From Octopus vulgaris (taxonomy: Eukaryota), in the NCBI GenBank assembly GCA_951406725.2, contig OX597828.1, forward strand, positions 2,666,001 to 2,730,000: a stretch of DNA of 64,000 nt, read 5' to 3'. Made by a program: the position numbers and the translations under genes. The stretch's first letter is position 1, and each line of letters starts with the position of its first letter. The notes below the pieces were generated by a model. The model saw only the letters and a list, made by a program, of their open reading frames with translations. It did no database searches and was not told the origin of the DNA. Shown here piece after piece: positions 13,032 through 28,131 of this stretch.

Positions 13032-13549
13032 CTTTATACCATTCTACTTGCATCTCTAAAGTCCAAATAAAATATAAAATATCTTTTATCTTCTCTATTT
13101 ACTTTAACTGACATTGTAAACGAAACCGTTTCATAAAACGTTGATTAAAATTACTTTTAATAAGAATTTCCTTGCAAAAATTTATTCATTGAAATATGTA
13201 ATCGTTCTTAACAAGGAAACTCGTGAAGTAAAACGAAAATTATTGGAGGCCTAACATCGAAGATTATTGAAGAAAATTTCGGATATTGTTATGATTGTAA
13301 TAGAGAAAAAATCATTTACAAGTCGCAGTAAATGTGCGGTTCTGATTGCACAAAACAATAAATAAATAAATAAATAAATAAAAGAAATATTGGTTTCAAG
13401 TTTTGGTACGAAGCCAGCAATTTTGGGGAGGGAGAAAGTCTATTACATGCACACATTCACACACACACCACATACTCTCATGTACTCATATACCAAAACA
13501 CACTGATCCACAATACAATGACATTCACATTTGCACACACACATACACA

Positions 13550-13593
<44 letters not shown>

Positions 13594-13970
13594 CACACAC
13601 ACACACACATACACATACATACATATAGTGTACTGTAGATTGACCATTCACTACTTTCTTTCAGCTATCATATCATTCATAATCCCACACTGATTAAGAA
13701 ACCCCAACCCCACCCCCAAGCACACTGAAATCCCATATTTAGAATCACAAAACCCCAAATCCTCAGATCTGTTTGACAAGCAAAGTGAGAAAGTTCTCCA
13801 AAAAAGTTAACAAGAAATTTTTTTTATAATTCTACACACCCAAGTTAACAAAGAACTTACTAGATCTATGGACTAAAATTTATACTATTAAAAAATAATA
13901 AATTAAACTGATTAGAACTACTAGTAAAGTCATTCTTTTATTTTTTCAAATGTGTGTGTGTGTGTGTGTA

Positions 13971-15465
13971 CAGTGGTGGGCACAGCTAACCAAAAAGTTA
14001 ACTTCGCTAACCGTTAATCCGCTAACTGAAAAAGTTAGTTTCGCAAACGCTAAGCCGCTAAACAGGTAAAAAAATTAGCTAATGATGGCCAAGGTGTACT
14101 ACTCTGGCTGGGCCTTCTCCATCGCCTCGACGTGATGCTGGTTGCTCTTCATAGACATCAGCTTCTCAAAGTTACCATCTGAAAGGGTGGCTCCTTTGGC
14201 CCTCAAATATCTTTGCCAGTAGAGATGGATGATGGAATGATGGTGTTATACTTGGTGAACAGATCGATCAAGCCCTGCTCACCCAAAAAGGCGACTTCAC
14301 TCAGGACGTCCTTGAATTTAAGTGACCTGTGGCTCCTGCTCTCCCGGAACTGAGTGATATTCCTGAAGAATTCACCTTTCTCATCTTCGTTGCTGGTGGT
14401 GCAGCTGCCCTCCTCATTGGTCTCCATTAAAGCTGTCTCTCCGACGGTCTGTATAGCGTTCGTTACTCTGCTAACCTGGCTGTTATTTCACTTGCCAGAA
14501 CAGGCGAAACTTGGGATGGAAAGCAGCAGTCAGCTGGCACTCCAGTCCTCCTAGGATGAGCCTAAACCTTTTCATGTTGTCTGCCAGTATCGCATCTACC
14601 AGACGACTGCAGTACAAGAGACGTTTAAACCTGGCCTCCTTCAACTTCATTATGGTAGCCACTACAACTGGCAGAAGGCTCTCGAGATAGGTCTGGTCCT
14701 CCCCACGAGAGCAACATTAGACATCACCTGACCGTACTCCGTCAAGAAGCCGACATCAGAATCAGTAAACGTCTGAAGCTTCAGCAGTCTCATCACCCTG
14801 TGGACAGCTCCCATATTCTTAGCCAGCAGGTTGTTGAGGACAACAACAACCATAGGTAGAGTTCCACTTGGTACTGTTGGTGACCACCAACCTCTTCAAC
14901 GCGTCCAGAATGATGTCTGCCGCCACCGTGCTGCGGTTCTGCAGATTCCACAGCCGATGTGCCTTGGGCATAGCCCTCCTGTAGGTCGATTTGAACGAAG
15001 CGCTGTCAGGAGCATCCACGCTGGCTACCAAGTGGAAGGTATGGGCTCCCCACTTCATGTGCACTGGCAAGTTGAGGTCCAAGCCGCTGGACTCGTCAAA
15101 GGCGGCATCAACAGAGATGTACTCAACATCCCCAGCCTCGGGTCGGAAGGAAGCAGGACATTTGATTACAGTATCTCTTAACCATATTTTGTTTATAGAA
15201 ATCACACAGATTGTAGTTTAACATTTGTTACTAGGATGTTCTAAATTCATGGAAATATTGTTTATAATTTAAAGCCTTGTTATTAAACTTTTGAAAATAG
15301 TGACATTACCCTGATAGGTGACGCGTTGGGGGAGGGGATTAATAACCGAGATGGGGGATGAGATGGAATGGTGGTCGGAATTTGATAAGTTCAGAACTTA
15401 AGGTTGGTTTATTCATTATTTCATTAAAGTCTGCTGTCTTGGCTGTGCAGACTTGATCAGGAGTG

Positions 15466-15553
<88 letters not shown>

Positions 15554-15811
15554 ATAAATGAAATAAAACATATGCATATATATAAACATATATGTACGTA
15601 CCTACCTCTACATGTACATATACACGCATATATGAGTACAGGACACCGAAGGGACGTCGAACACAAAGAGAAACGAAAACATAGACACAAACCAAAGGAA
15701 CTGGAAATTTTTTTAAAAACAACAAAAAAATGGAGTACAGGACAATTATATATATATATATATATAGTATGTATGTATGTATGTATGTATGTATGTATGT
15801 ATGTATGTATG

Positions 15812-15869
<58 letters not shown>

Positions 15870-17045
15870 GTATATTATGTATTCAGACATTTATTTCAAT
15901 TAGCTATTATACATTTTATTACATTAATTAAGAAAATAATTATTTAATAAATAATCAAATAATTAAATTGAATTAAGAAGATATAAAGAACGCCATAATA
16001 ATAATTTAATAAACTAATATAATTTCAATTTATAAATACTTTGTAAGATTCTCTTCCAGCTGTTTATGGCTGGCCAAGATCATCCTGCCAGGGTGCGGCG
16101 GGAGATCGACGTCTTGCTGGGATTCAGCGTCATGATCAGGCCAACAAAGGTGGGGGACTCCACTATATGCAGCGATAGCATGTTGTCGACAAACAGGTCT
16201 ACAATCCTTCTGTCCACCACAGACTGACAGACGCCAGTGCTAGCAGTTAGGGCAAACGCCTCGCCAATGCTGGCTGGCGCGCTTTCTTTGCACATGGCCG
16301 TGATAACTGGCTACTGGCACTACTACCAGAAGATTGCCTGTGTTTCCCACGGGAAGAACCGGCCTTGATACTCTCCTCAAACTGAATGACATGCGCTGAG
16401 TGCTTCCTCTTGACATGCGACTCCAAACTGTAGAGGCTCACCGCTTGTCCCTTGATGGTGATCTCCTTAGGCTGGCCCATGACGCACCGGAAGTACAGGA
16501 CTTTGGCTTCCTCTTATCCCTTGATATAAGGATAAAGTAATACTCCAGGTGGAGGCCACAGGTTCTGAGACTCCTGGCTCTCAACTTGAGCAACCTCTGC
16601 CTCCGCAACAGGCCCTTCATTCTCAGGCCGAACAAAAACGTCTTCACTTTCCATAACGATAAGCGATAACTTGATAAGCCGATAATGTACACTGCTGTCG
16701 CTGACATTGTAAGACTGTCTGTAATGTGACAACGTCGTAAGTGAACACAACTCAAAACTGCAGGATTACACAATGTTGCTCAGCAAGCTGATGCTGCGTC
16801 GACCAATCACGTCTTGTCACGTGTCAGCCAATAGCTGCCTGACAGACTTACGTGATACGCCCACAACAGATAGAAACAAACGTATAAATTTTGTCAGCGA
16901 ACTTAATGTTAGCGGAATTAAATTTAGTGGAAGCTAATTGGTCCGCTAACAATTTCCAAAGTCAGCGATAACGCTAATCCGCTAAACGAAAAGTTAGCTT
17001 CGCTAATTAATTATTAACGGATTAGTAGAACTGTGCCCACCACTG
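13971..17045 (-). mobile_element. hAT DNA transposon, decayed
   Basis: Perfect 15-bp TIRs CAGTGGTGGGCACAG, multiple subterminal (C)GCTAA repeats at both ends, and transposase fragments inside. No clear TSD because both flanks are microsatellite. Confidence 0.9.
14099..16654 (-). pseudogene. hAT transposase with BED finger and hATC dimerization domain; frameshifted and interrupted
   Basis: BED-like FRCVMGQPK..LESHVKRKH; LSLHIVESPTFVGLIMTLNPSKTSISRRTL; HMKWGAHTFHLV (CxxH region); TKWNSTY; C-terminal LFTKYNTIIPSS..LSDGNFEKLM. Confidence 0.85.
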
Positions 17046-17049
17046 CATA

Positions 17050-17122
<73 letters not shown>

Positions 17123-18643
17123 TTGTGTGTGTGTGTGGTTGTGTGTGTGTGTGTCTGTTCATGAATATCCATACATATGTACATGACTGCATGTTGAAAT
17201 TTCAAAGAAAGGACTTTGCTTCTTGGCTAAAAACTAGCTCTTTCTTCCATCGGTGAGAACTTAAGAAATGTAAGATCTGAATATAGATAGGTACATCCCT
17301 TCATATAAACAAAAATATATATGCATTCTTTCATTCATACATACATACATACATACATACATACATACATACATACATACATACATACATACATACATAC
17401 ATACATCAACGCAGATATACAGATATACGTACACATATACATACAGGCAGAAAGACAGACAAACGTACACACATATATAAGGCAGGCACACGGGTATACT
17501 TAGAATTTTAGGTAAATGGGTATACAACAGTGGGTGTTCCAGTATATCTGACTGCAAACATCTGAGAACATTTTGCAAGTTAGAACCGCAGATGTGCATT
17601 AATTGATTATCAGAACGAGCAAAGAGTAAATTCCATTGTTGTTGCGAATAGAGAAGTGCGGTGAATTGGATTGGGTAATGTTCCACACCGATTTTATAAA
17701 ACACAAATAAAATTCAGTCTTTCCACGGTTCTTGAATACAATGATGCAGTCAGAGAAATTAAATCGATACGGCTTTGAGGATAAATTAACTTAGTTTATT
17801 TAGACGCATTCCCACACACACAACACATACACTCATGCGTACGCACAGACACATATACACACACAAGCAGGCTCAAACACACATACACACATGAAAACAA
17901 ATAAACGCACACATACACACACACACACAACTATCACACACACACAACACACACACACACACACACACACACAATGATGAACTGCAATATGCATATTTAA
18001 CGTCGCTGTATGTATACACGTTTATACAAATTGTGTGTATTTGCATGTGTGTGAATGTGTATTGGCATGGGTGAGTGTATGTGTGTTTGTGTGTGTACGC
18101 GCGCGTTAGTATGTGTGTGTATGCGTGTGTGCGCATATGTTTGAGTGTATGTGTGAAAACACAAGGGAAATCGAATTCCAGTTTCCAGACGAGGTTAAGC
18201 CGTAGAATTAAATACATGCACACAGAGCGCGCGCGAACACGTGTCTTGTACACCCACCAACCTACATACAGACACGCACACGTACTCACGAACACTTATA
18301 AGTCTCATCGGCTGCTATTGGCAGTTCCCAAAACTTTCTATAAAACTTTTTCGCTGTAAATGTATTGACGGCTTTCCTCGTGCACTATACGTTCACGTCT
18401 ATCTATCTATCTATCCATCTATTTATCCATCCACCCATTCGGCTGTCTGTCTGTGTACCTATCTATCTGTCAGTCAACCTGTCAGCCTGTCTGCTTGTCT
18501 GTCCCTCTCTCTACCCCCCTCTCTCTCTCTCTTTGTCTGTCTGTTTCTCTATCTGTCTGACTATTTATTTTCGCTCACACGCAAGCTTTGTAATGTTTAT
18601 ACCTGTTTCAGTTCTTCTGATAAATGATGTGTTGTGCATCATA

Positions 18644-18693
<50 letters not shown>

Positions 18694-19239
18694 AATGGAC
18701 AAGAACGCAAAACATCCAAACAGACGATACAAAAAACACCGACGGGTTATTCGAAGCCTTTAATCTTCAGTCAAGAACCGGATCATCCTCGCAATTTCGG
18801 CTGATTAATCTTGAGATTGCTCCAATCTGGCCAGCCCCAAGGAAAAACTAAACTAAGCTCATTAGATTCCTTGGAAGAAAGCTTCAAATGTATACAAAAC
18901 AATGGCGGAAAAACGGAGTTGTTACACGAATATAAATACAAAAATAATACAAAAAAAATACGAATATAAATACAAAAAACAATAATAAAAATAACAGGAC
19001 ATAACAACAGGCGTCTTTCGACTGGAGATGAATTGAATTCAGCTTGCGTGTTGAGAATTAAGACTTACGGCAGAGGTAAAGAACGATGTGACCGTAACAG
19101 TGGTCCAGCGCAAAAGAGCTAGTAGTCGGCCAGCAGTCACATGAGAGGAGAAGAGAGAGAAAAAGAGGAGCAAAGGAATTAAGGAGAGAAGAGAGAGAAA
19201 AAGAGGAACAAAGGAATTTAGGAAATGGTAAATGTAAAA

Positions 19240-20080
19240 CAAAATGCAACTAAACGAGGGAAAATTTGAGCTGATGCATTTTGGAAGAGAGACTATACTA
19301 AAACTGCCATACTCTCTTCCTTCAGGGGAACTACTCACAGCATCTAATAATATCAGAGACCTAGGTGTAATTGTTGATAACAATCTCAGTTGGAGTGCCC
19401 ACATCAACAATAAGCTCGATATACCTAGTAGGATGAGCTCCTGGATCTTAAGAAACTTCCGGTCCAGAGAACAAGGTGTCATCATTCCACTTTTCTCCTC
19501 CTTTGTACGGCCACACCTCGAATACTGCTGCCCCCTGTATACAAAACAAAACATCTCAAAAACTGGATCACCCCAGAGGGCACTCACTAAACGAATTAAG
19601 GGCATGACTGATCTCGATTACTGGGACCGTCTTAAAGCCTAGAAACTCTACTCTCGCCAGCGCCGCCGCAAGCAGTACATCATTTGCTGATGTGGAGAAT
19701 ATCCCGACCTGAACATTAGCTTCAAGGCTCATCCAAGGCTGGGACCATGGGCCATACGTCCCCTACCTAATTCAGGATCACAACATATAGGTACACTGCG
19801 ACACAATTTCTTTTCCTCAACAGGCCCGGCCCTGTTTAACATTGTCCCAAAAGATCAAAGAGGAAAAGGATTACATCACCTTTAAACGGAGTCTGGACAA
19901 ATTTCTTCAATGAATACCAGATAAGCCACCCATACCTGGATACAACTCACTCAACAAGAACTCACTACTTGAATGGACCATAATACCACAAGACTTGACT
20001 TAAAAAGGATTTAGATAATCCTATCAGGTGGTGGTATTAAGTTAGACATGGCCTGGACCAATCTTTAGTCGAAACATATC
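19240..20080 (+). mobile_element. CR1-clade LINE 3' fragment
   Basis: MQLNEGKFELMHFG..RDLGVIVDNNLSWSAHI..FVRPHLEYCCP..YWDRLK, later FKRSLDKFL..IPDKP; short 3' tail ending ..CATGGCC..GAAAC. Confidence 0.9.
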
Positions 20081-20154
20081 TAAATTTTATCTAAGTTTTG
20101 TATATATATATATTTGCATATATACACAAATATATATACATACATATATGTGTG

Positions 20155-21046
<892 letters not shown>

Positions 21047-21131
21047 TATATATATATGCATATATATGCATATATATATATATATATTATATATATATAT
21101 TTGTATATGTGTGTATATATATGTATATACA

Positions 21132-21209
<78 letters not shown>

Positions 21210-21211
<2 letters not shown>

Positions 21212-21591
21212 TGCAGCCATAGGTCTGTGGTAAGAAGCTTGCTTCCCAACCACATAGCTTCGGGTTCAGTCCCACTGCATGGCACCTTGGGCAAGTGTCT
21301 TCTACAGGAGCCTTGTGAGTGGATTTGGTAGACGGAAACTGAAAGGAGCATGTCGTATATATACCTGTGTATTTGCGTGTCTGTGTTTGTTTCCCCACCA
21401 CCACCACCATCACCTGACAACCGATGTTGTTGTGATTACATACCCGTAAATTAGCGGTTCGGCAAAAGAGACGGACAAAATAAGTACTAGGATTACAAAT
21501 AATAAATCCTGGGGTTGATTTGTTCGACTAAAACGCGATGTTTCAGCATGGCCGCAGCCTAGTGACTGGAACAAGTCAAAGAGTAAAAGAG
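21210..21591 (+). mobile_element. SINE family A
   Basis: Head, core and (AAAAGAGT) tail are present. Confidence 0.88.
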
Positions 21592-22156
21592 TGTGTGTGT
21601 GTGTGTGTATGCGTGTGTGCGTTTATGTGTGTGTGTGCGTGTGTGTGTGTGCGCGCGTGTGTGTGTATTTGTAATAAATTTGACTTACAGCTGTTTCGAG
21701 TAGTCGCTATAGGTTCGTTTTTGATTAGTTTACTTAGTTGGCCCATTGATCAGTTTAGGAAATTTGTACAACCATGAGAATTATTGCTACCTTCGTCACT
21801 TATTTCTGTTATACACACTCATACACATACATGTTCGCATTTATACACATATTTTGATACCAAGTATTCGCTTTTCGTTTAATTTCATATATGTAGCATT
21901 AGACTATTTCTCTAAACTGGATCTTTTTTCTTTTTTTATTGAGTTCTATGTTAGAGGTCATTATTCCTGTAATTACGACGTCAGTTCATTTCCTTATGGT
22001 AATTTTAAATGACTCTTTTTGTAAGGTTCTCTACAAAAGAAACTGAGCGCATTTATGTTCTATGTGCTTCGTATATTACTGTACAACACTGGTTTCTACA
22101 CCATAGCATATATATTAAGTAAAATTCACCTGACCATACATTTTCATATTCATGTA

Positions 22157-22540
22157 GGCGCAGGCATGGCTGTGTGGTAAGAAGCTTGCTTCTCAACTAT
22201 ATGCTTTAGAGTTCAGTCCCACTGTGTCTACGTGTCTATCTATAGCCTCGGGCCGACCAAAGCCTTGTGAGTCTATTTGGTAGACGGAAACTGAAAAAAC
22301 CCGTCATGTGTGTGTGTGTGTGTATGTATGTATGTGTGTGTGTGTGTGTGTACGTGCCTGTGTGTCTTCCCACCACCCCTTGACAACTGGTGCTGATGTG
22401 TTTATGTTCCTTTAACTTAGCGATTCGGCAAAGGAGACTAATAGAATAAGTACCTGACATTTAAAATATATAAGTACTAGGATGGATACATTCGACTGAA
22501 AATTCTAATGACAAACAAGTAAAAGATAAATGATAAAAGA
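22157..22540 (+). mobile_element. SINE family A (diverged, internally deleted)
   Basis: GGCGCAGGCATGGCTGTGTGGTAAGAAGCTTGC head and ..AAGTAAAAGATAAA tail. Confidence 0.85.
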
Positions 22541-23151
22541 TGTAGACCTTACATATATTGTTTCGTGTTACCTTTGCGCTCTTTCCTTGCCCCTACTTTA
22601 CTGAGAGGCGACTACAATCCAAGAGTCAACGTTACTATCAATATCTAGTTATGACCATTGCAGAACCTGGCGATGTGTATGAAGCATCTAATCCGCCTAT
22701 CACCTCACCTCTTCCAGGAGATTATTAATCAAGTACATAATTCCATGCAGTCTATCCTTGGCTTTCTTGTGACTATTTAATTGTCAGTTTAAGGAAACTC
22801 TCCTTCATTTTTGGCAAGGTAATCATGTTACTCACGTTCGTACCTGCTCCTGGGTATATTCGTAAGGTAAGACAGTGTTGTACATTGTAACAAATCTCTA
22901 TCTTGTTTCTCTCCCTCTCTCTCCCCTTCCCCTCTCTCTTAACTGGTGTTTTCCTCTGATTAAAATTGCTTGCAAAACTGCTATTGCTACTTTTATTGTC
23001 AAGGTATTACAATATTTCATTCTTTCTCATTTCTTAAAGTATCAACCAGTTCTTGTTTCTCCACATGTACTTATTTTCTTTTTCTGTTGTAAATAGGCCG
23101 TGTCCTATTAACACACACGCGAGCGCCACTCCTGCATATATACAAATATAT

Positions 23152-23241
<90 letters not shown>

Positions 23242-23851
23242 TCATGCCTAAGTACGCTTATGCTTACGCAATATCATAATAGAAAATTAAATGTACATAT
23301 CGTGAAGTGAGTGCTATAATATTCATAGCGCAAACTCGATAGCTTCAATTAATCAAAACCTGAAGAAGATCATTAAGGGAGCTACTCAGAATCCTTTGGC
23401 CGAAGAGCGACGTAGTCTCGTGCGGGCAAAGCAAGCAGATCCCTTTGATACAGAGATCAAGCGAAGAGTGACACCGGCTTGGATTCAGAAGGTCCTAGTA
23501 CAACGTCACCAGACCCTGCTGGGGAAAACCCCAGGTCAAGAGGAAAAAAACGAAAGACCTAGGAACTCATTCGACGTGACTCGACAAACAAAGTCAGAGT
23601 GAATGTAGCTGGATGCAGTTGGTGAGGAAGGCAATTACGGGGACAAGAGGAGGGAAGGTGGTCAACATTCTACTGCCCCAGACTGGATGAAGACCTTGAA
23701 TGAGCGAGTAATATCTGTATCGGAGAGAGGTAAACATTGCTGCCCAATGCATAGCTGTCATCCACATTCATCTTCCCTAATCGGCTAATTCAATACCAGA
23801 AAAGCACCAGTTCAATTAGAAATAGCCATTAATATGTAATTAGTGGGATTC

Positions 23852-24066
23852 AGGCGGCAAGCTGGCAGAACTGCTGGCACACCCGGCAAAATGCTTAGCG
23901 GCATTTCGTCCGTTTTTACATTCTGAGTTTAAATTCCACCGAGGTCGATTTCACCTCTCATCCTTTCGGAGTCTATAAAATAAGTACCAGTTGAGCACTG
24001 AGGTCGATGTAATCGACTTTCCCCTTGCCCTGAATCTGCTGGCACTGTGCAAAAAATGTGAAACCA
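23852..24066 (+). mobile_element. SINE family B
   Basis: AGGCGGCAAGCTGGCAGAA head plus conserved core. A more decayed copy follows at about 24180-24320. Confidence 0.82.
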
Positions 24067-25292
24067 ATTAGTAATTTGGGTTTGAAGTGAAGGGGAATGG
24101 AAGTTGTGACGATGGTCATATCCTTCCAACGAATATTAGTGAGGTGTGTGGTGTCAAAAAGCTCCAGTTGGCAATCGAAACTTGGCAGAAGCATTAGATC
24201 AGTGGGAAAAACGTCTTGCCGTTTTTTTAGTTGCGGTTCTTTGTTCTCGCATCAAATCCCGCTGAAGTTAAATTTTCCTTTCCTTTCTCGGTGAAGTAAG
24301 GTACCAGTCATGTATTGGGGTTGGTTTGTATTCATGAAATGCATCTTATATGTAAAAGGAACCATAACAAAAGAAAAGCGAGCTACTCAGTAGTTTTGGT
24401 GGAAATACATCTTCTACACCTTCACGCTGTAAATGTACGAACGGACAAGTGAGAGATTCTCTACATGAACACTCGTTCTATTAGAAATGACAGCCAAATA
24501 TTACTCAAATCATAGCCACTCTACAGTTTTTAAAAAGGAAGGGTACATTGAATAAAACAATTTTCGATATATTGTATCTAAAAACAAAAAAAATACTGAT
24601 TGGTCATAGCTGAAACTACTTAGATTATAGTTTTGTATGATTAGGACCAAGCGATCATCATCACCACCACCATCACCATCACCACCACAACAACAACAAC
24701 CATCGCCACCATTACCACCAACACAACAACAACAACCACCACCACAACCATCACCACCACCACTGCCAACAGCAACAGATGTCTCGAAAACCAGCAGTTT
24801 ATACATGCAATATTTATACTTACAAAATAGATTACGTCACAGTCTTTACTGTGTAAAAATTTGTTTACCAAAATACGTTAATCATGTTAGCTCAAGAACA
24901 ACTGGTAATTTAGGTTGGGAAAGAAAACCGTTCTGGTTGATGTGCTTTACATCATTTAGTTTATACGATTTTATACTTTGCTTCATTCTGTAATATACCA
25001 AAGTTAAAATTCAAAAACACCCAGTCCAATCCCCGAGTCATATTTTTTGCGTTGTAATTTGATTGAAAAGCTGAAATATGAAGAAAAAGGGTACAAAAAG
25101 ATTTATGCGAATTTTTTCTTGCTATTTTACAACCTTCAGATCAATGAGGCAGCGTGCATAATTGATGTATAAATTAATCATCAGTTCAATATTTAATAAG
25201 ATGATTTATGGCTCTGTCCAGGTATGGTGCATTTTTGAGTGGATGCTCCTGTTGATTGCGAATGCGTTTTGTAAGTGGTATGAGTGTCCATT

Positions 25293-25526
25293 AAAGGCGG
25301 CGAGCTGGCAGAAACGTCAGCACGCCGGGCGAAATGCGTAGCGGTATTTCGTCTGCCGTTACGTTCTGAGTTCAAATTCCGCCGAGGCCGACTTTGCCTT
25401 TCATCCTTTCGGGGTCGATAAATTAAGTACCAGTTACGCACTGGGGTCGATGTAATTGACTTAATCCGTTTGTCTATCCTTGTTTGTCTCCTCTGTGTTT
25501 AGCCCCTTGTGGGTAGTAAAGAAATA
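25293..25526 (+). mobile_element. SINE family B, full length with 16-bp TSD
   Basis: TSD GGTATGAGTGTCCATT at 25277-25292 and 25527-25542. Nearly identical to the copy at 43022-43256. Confidence 0.95.
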
Positions 25527-25650
25527 GGTATGAGTGTCCATTTTGTAACAGAGCGGAGGTTGTATTTGTTCTGTTGCAGTTTAGTCCCAAGATCTGGCCA
25601 GCCATGATTGAGCAACCCTACGATCAAAGGCATACTTTTGTATGTCTAGG

Positions 25651-25793
25651 CAATGCTGTCTTAATGCATAGGCACAGCGGACAGTTGCCTGGGGCCCCCA
25701 CAGCTCTAACGGTTCTATTCTAATTTGTATGTTGTGATTAGGGCCAGTGTATTGACTTGTCCAGTGGCCTATAAGCAGATTAAGACGGTCCTG
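25651..25793. mobile_element. Small hAT (Tip100-like) MITE
   Basis: Imperfect TIRs CAATGCTGTCTTAAT / ATTAAGACGGTCCTG; degenerate 8-bp TSD TGTCTAGG / TATCAAGG. Confidence 0.6.
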
Positions 25794-26142
25794 TATCAAG
25801 GATTATATTATCCAGACGGTAGTCAGTGATTTGAGAAGATTTTTGCTGTTATTTTTAACTGATCAAACGCCCTGTGAAACATTTTTAATACAAAGGAAAA
25901 ATTCAAAGTACATGAGAACCTGTCGGGCATAACAGTGTTGAGGAAAATGATGAAGCTTTCATTTAAAAATTAATAACAATAATTAAATTAGTGCTTTGAT
26001 CTTAAGGTTTTCCCCGTTTTTTTAAAATCTTTTTTTCATATGACATTTTATAGACTTCATCAACGGGCAATTTCAAATTTAATGGCGAGCGAAGATTTCC
26101 TCATCCTCTTTATATTATTTTATTCTAATATGCAGATTAAAA

Positions 26143-26590
26143 AGGGCGACGGGCAGGCAGAATTATTAGCAAGCCGGACAAAATGCTTAGCTAGATTTCG
26201 TCCGTCTTCACGTTCTGTGTTCAAATTCCGACGAGATTGACTTTGCCTTTTACCCTTTGGGATCGATAAGATAAGAACCAAACACGGTATGTTTGTGATT
26301 GAGTATGGTGACATAAAGTTAGTAGAAAAGTGAAGGGTTAGGTATTCGCTGTAATACCATAAGACTAATAACAAAAGCAGTGAGCTGGCAGCATCGCTAG
26401 CACGCCGAGGGAAATGCTTTGCAGTTTTTCATCCATCTTTACGTCCTGCGTTCAAATGCCACCGGGGTCAAATTTTTCTTTCGCCCTTTCGGGGTCGATA
26501 AAATAAATATCAATTGAGTACTGGAGTAGATGAAATCGACTTACCCACTCCTCCGAAATTACTGGCTTTATGCCAGAATTTAAAGTCAAT
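26143..26590 (+). mobile_element. Two adjacent diverged SINE family B copies (about 26143-26290 and 26377-26590)
   Basis: Both show the head and the CCTTTC/GGGGTCGATAA core. Confidence 0.75.
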
Positions 26591-27621
26591 ATTAACTTAA
26601 ACATGAAACTGTCTCACAAGTCAAGCGAAAGATTCTCTATGTGGTCACTCGACTTGCTGAAAATGGCAGCCAAATCTCTTTCAAATCACACACTGCGTCT
26701 TAAGTTCTAGAATGCTCAACAATAGCCAACGTAGCGCTAAACAACATCAGTACTACAGTCTGTTTCAATATGATATTTAAAAAATTTTTAAAGCACAAAT
26801 CTTTTTAGGTCTTTTATTTCTTTTTCTTTTCTAGTTAATTTATTTATTTATTTGTTTATTCATTCATTTGTTTTTGTAATTTTACTCAAAATTTTATTGC
26901 GAAATTTTTCTTCATAAATCTGACACTGAAATTGCCAACCATCAATTATTCATCCTTCAGCACGAAGAAACCTGGGCAATTGTTTGTTGAAGCGAAAGAT
27001 ATCAAAAAAGATTTGATTTGTGTTTGCTAAAATCAGTTTGGCTATAAGTACATATGGTAATTGTAGAAATGAATTTGAGAGGGCAAACTATTTAAATAGG
27101 TAATTTATTATCCGGATAAACCAACATGTCGACCGGATTCGGACACATGCTTTTCTACATGATCTCCAACAGAATTTTTAAGAAACGGAATAAGGTTACT
27201 AACGGGGCCCTTCTTCTCGGAGGAAGAGTTTGCCAGATATTCACAGGTCCTTCCTTGCCTCACAGAACTCCGAGCCGATGTTACCGGCTGAACTTCTTTC
27301 TTATTCGCCTTAGCTTTATGTACAATACCCAGTCAACAAGAATTTGATCATAAACTTAACTCAACCTTCTGTATAGAGTCATCAATGAAGGGTTTGTTAT
27401 CGTTCATAAACTATATTTGGAACAACGTCAACATACACGAACACACACATACATACGCGCACACACATACATACATGAGTGTGTGCTGCCATATATAGAA
27501 ATATATATATATACAGATGTGTGTGTGTCTGTGTATGTACCATTTCTCCGTATGTACATATATGTATGTATACATACATACATACATACATACATACATA
27601 CATACATGCATGCATGCATAC

Positions 27622-27701
<80 letters not shown>

Positions 27702-27713
<12 letters not shown>

Positions 27714-28078
27714 GGCAGTTTGTCTGCGCGTTTTCTGTGTGTCTGTTTTCTCGTACCCTCACTCTGACCACGGCTTTCAACCGATTCTGATGAAACTTGA
27801 CACACACATAGCCCAATGTCATAATTCAAAACTAACGCAGCGAAAATTTTGAAAAGTTCCCCCAGTTCTGAAAAAATCGATAAATTCGACATGGGGTCGA
27901 GAATCAGAAACCCAAACCACAGACCGTCTAGGGGACGCAACTCCACCTTTTTTAACTCTCAAAAAAAATTTACCATCATTTTTTTCCCATTTTTTTGCTA
28001 TTTTTTGGCTATAACTCTCTAAAAATGCTTTATAGTTATTTCCCTTACAAACCTGAGCAACGCCGGGCGATACTGCTA

Positions 28079-28079
<1 letters not shown>
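27702..28079 (+). mobile_element. Non-autonomous Helitron
   Basis: Head TATATAAACGGCAG in a TA run; 3' end CCTGAGCAACGCCGGGCGATACTGCTAG|T (hairpin plus CTAG), similar to the end at 732. Confidence 0.85.

Positions 28080-28131
<52 letters not shown>

Noticed and set aside
18740-18880. Possible minus-strand hammerhead (CTAATGA..GGCTG..CAGCC-GAAA)
   Set aside because: The core G5 is missing and there is no valid stem III or UH triplet, so it is too degenerate to call.
24637-24993. Pro/Gln-rich ORF
   Set aside because: It derives from a (CAC)/(CAA) trinucleotide repeat and has no other coding signal.
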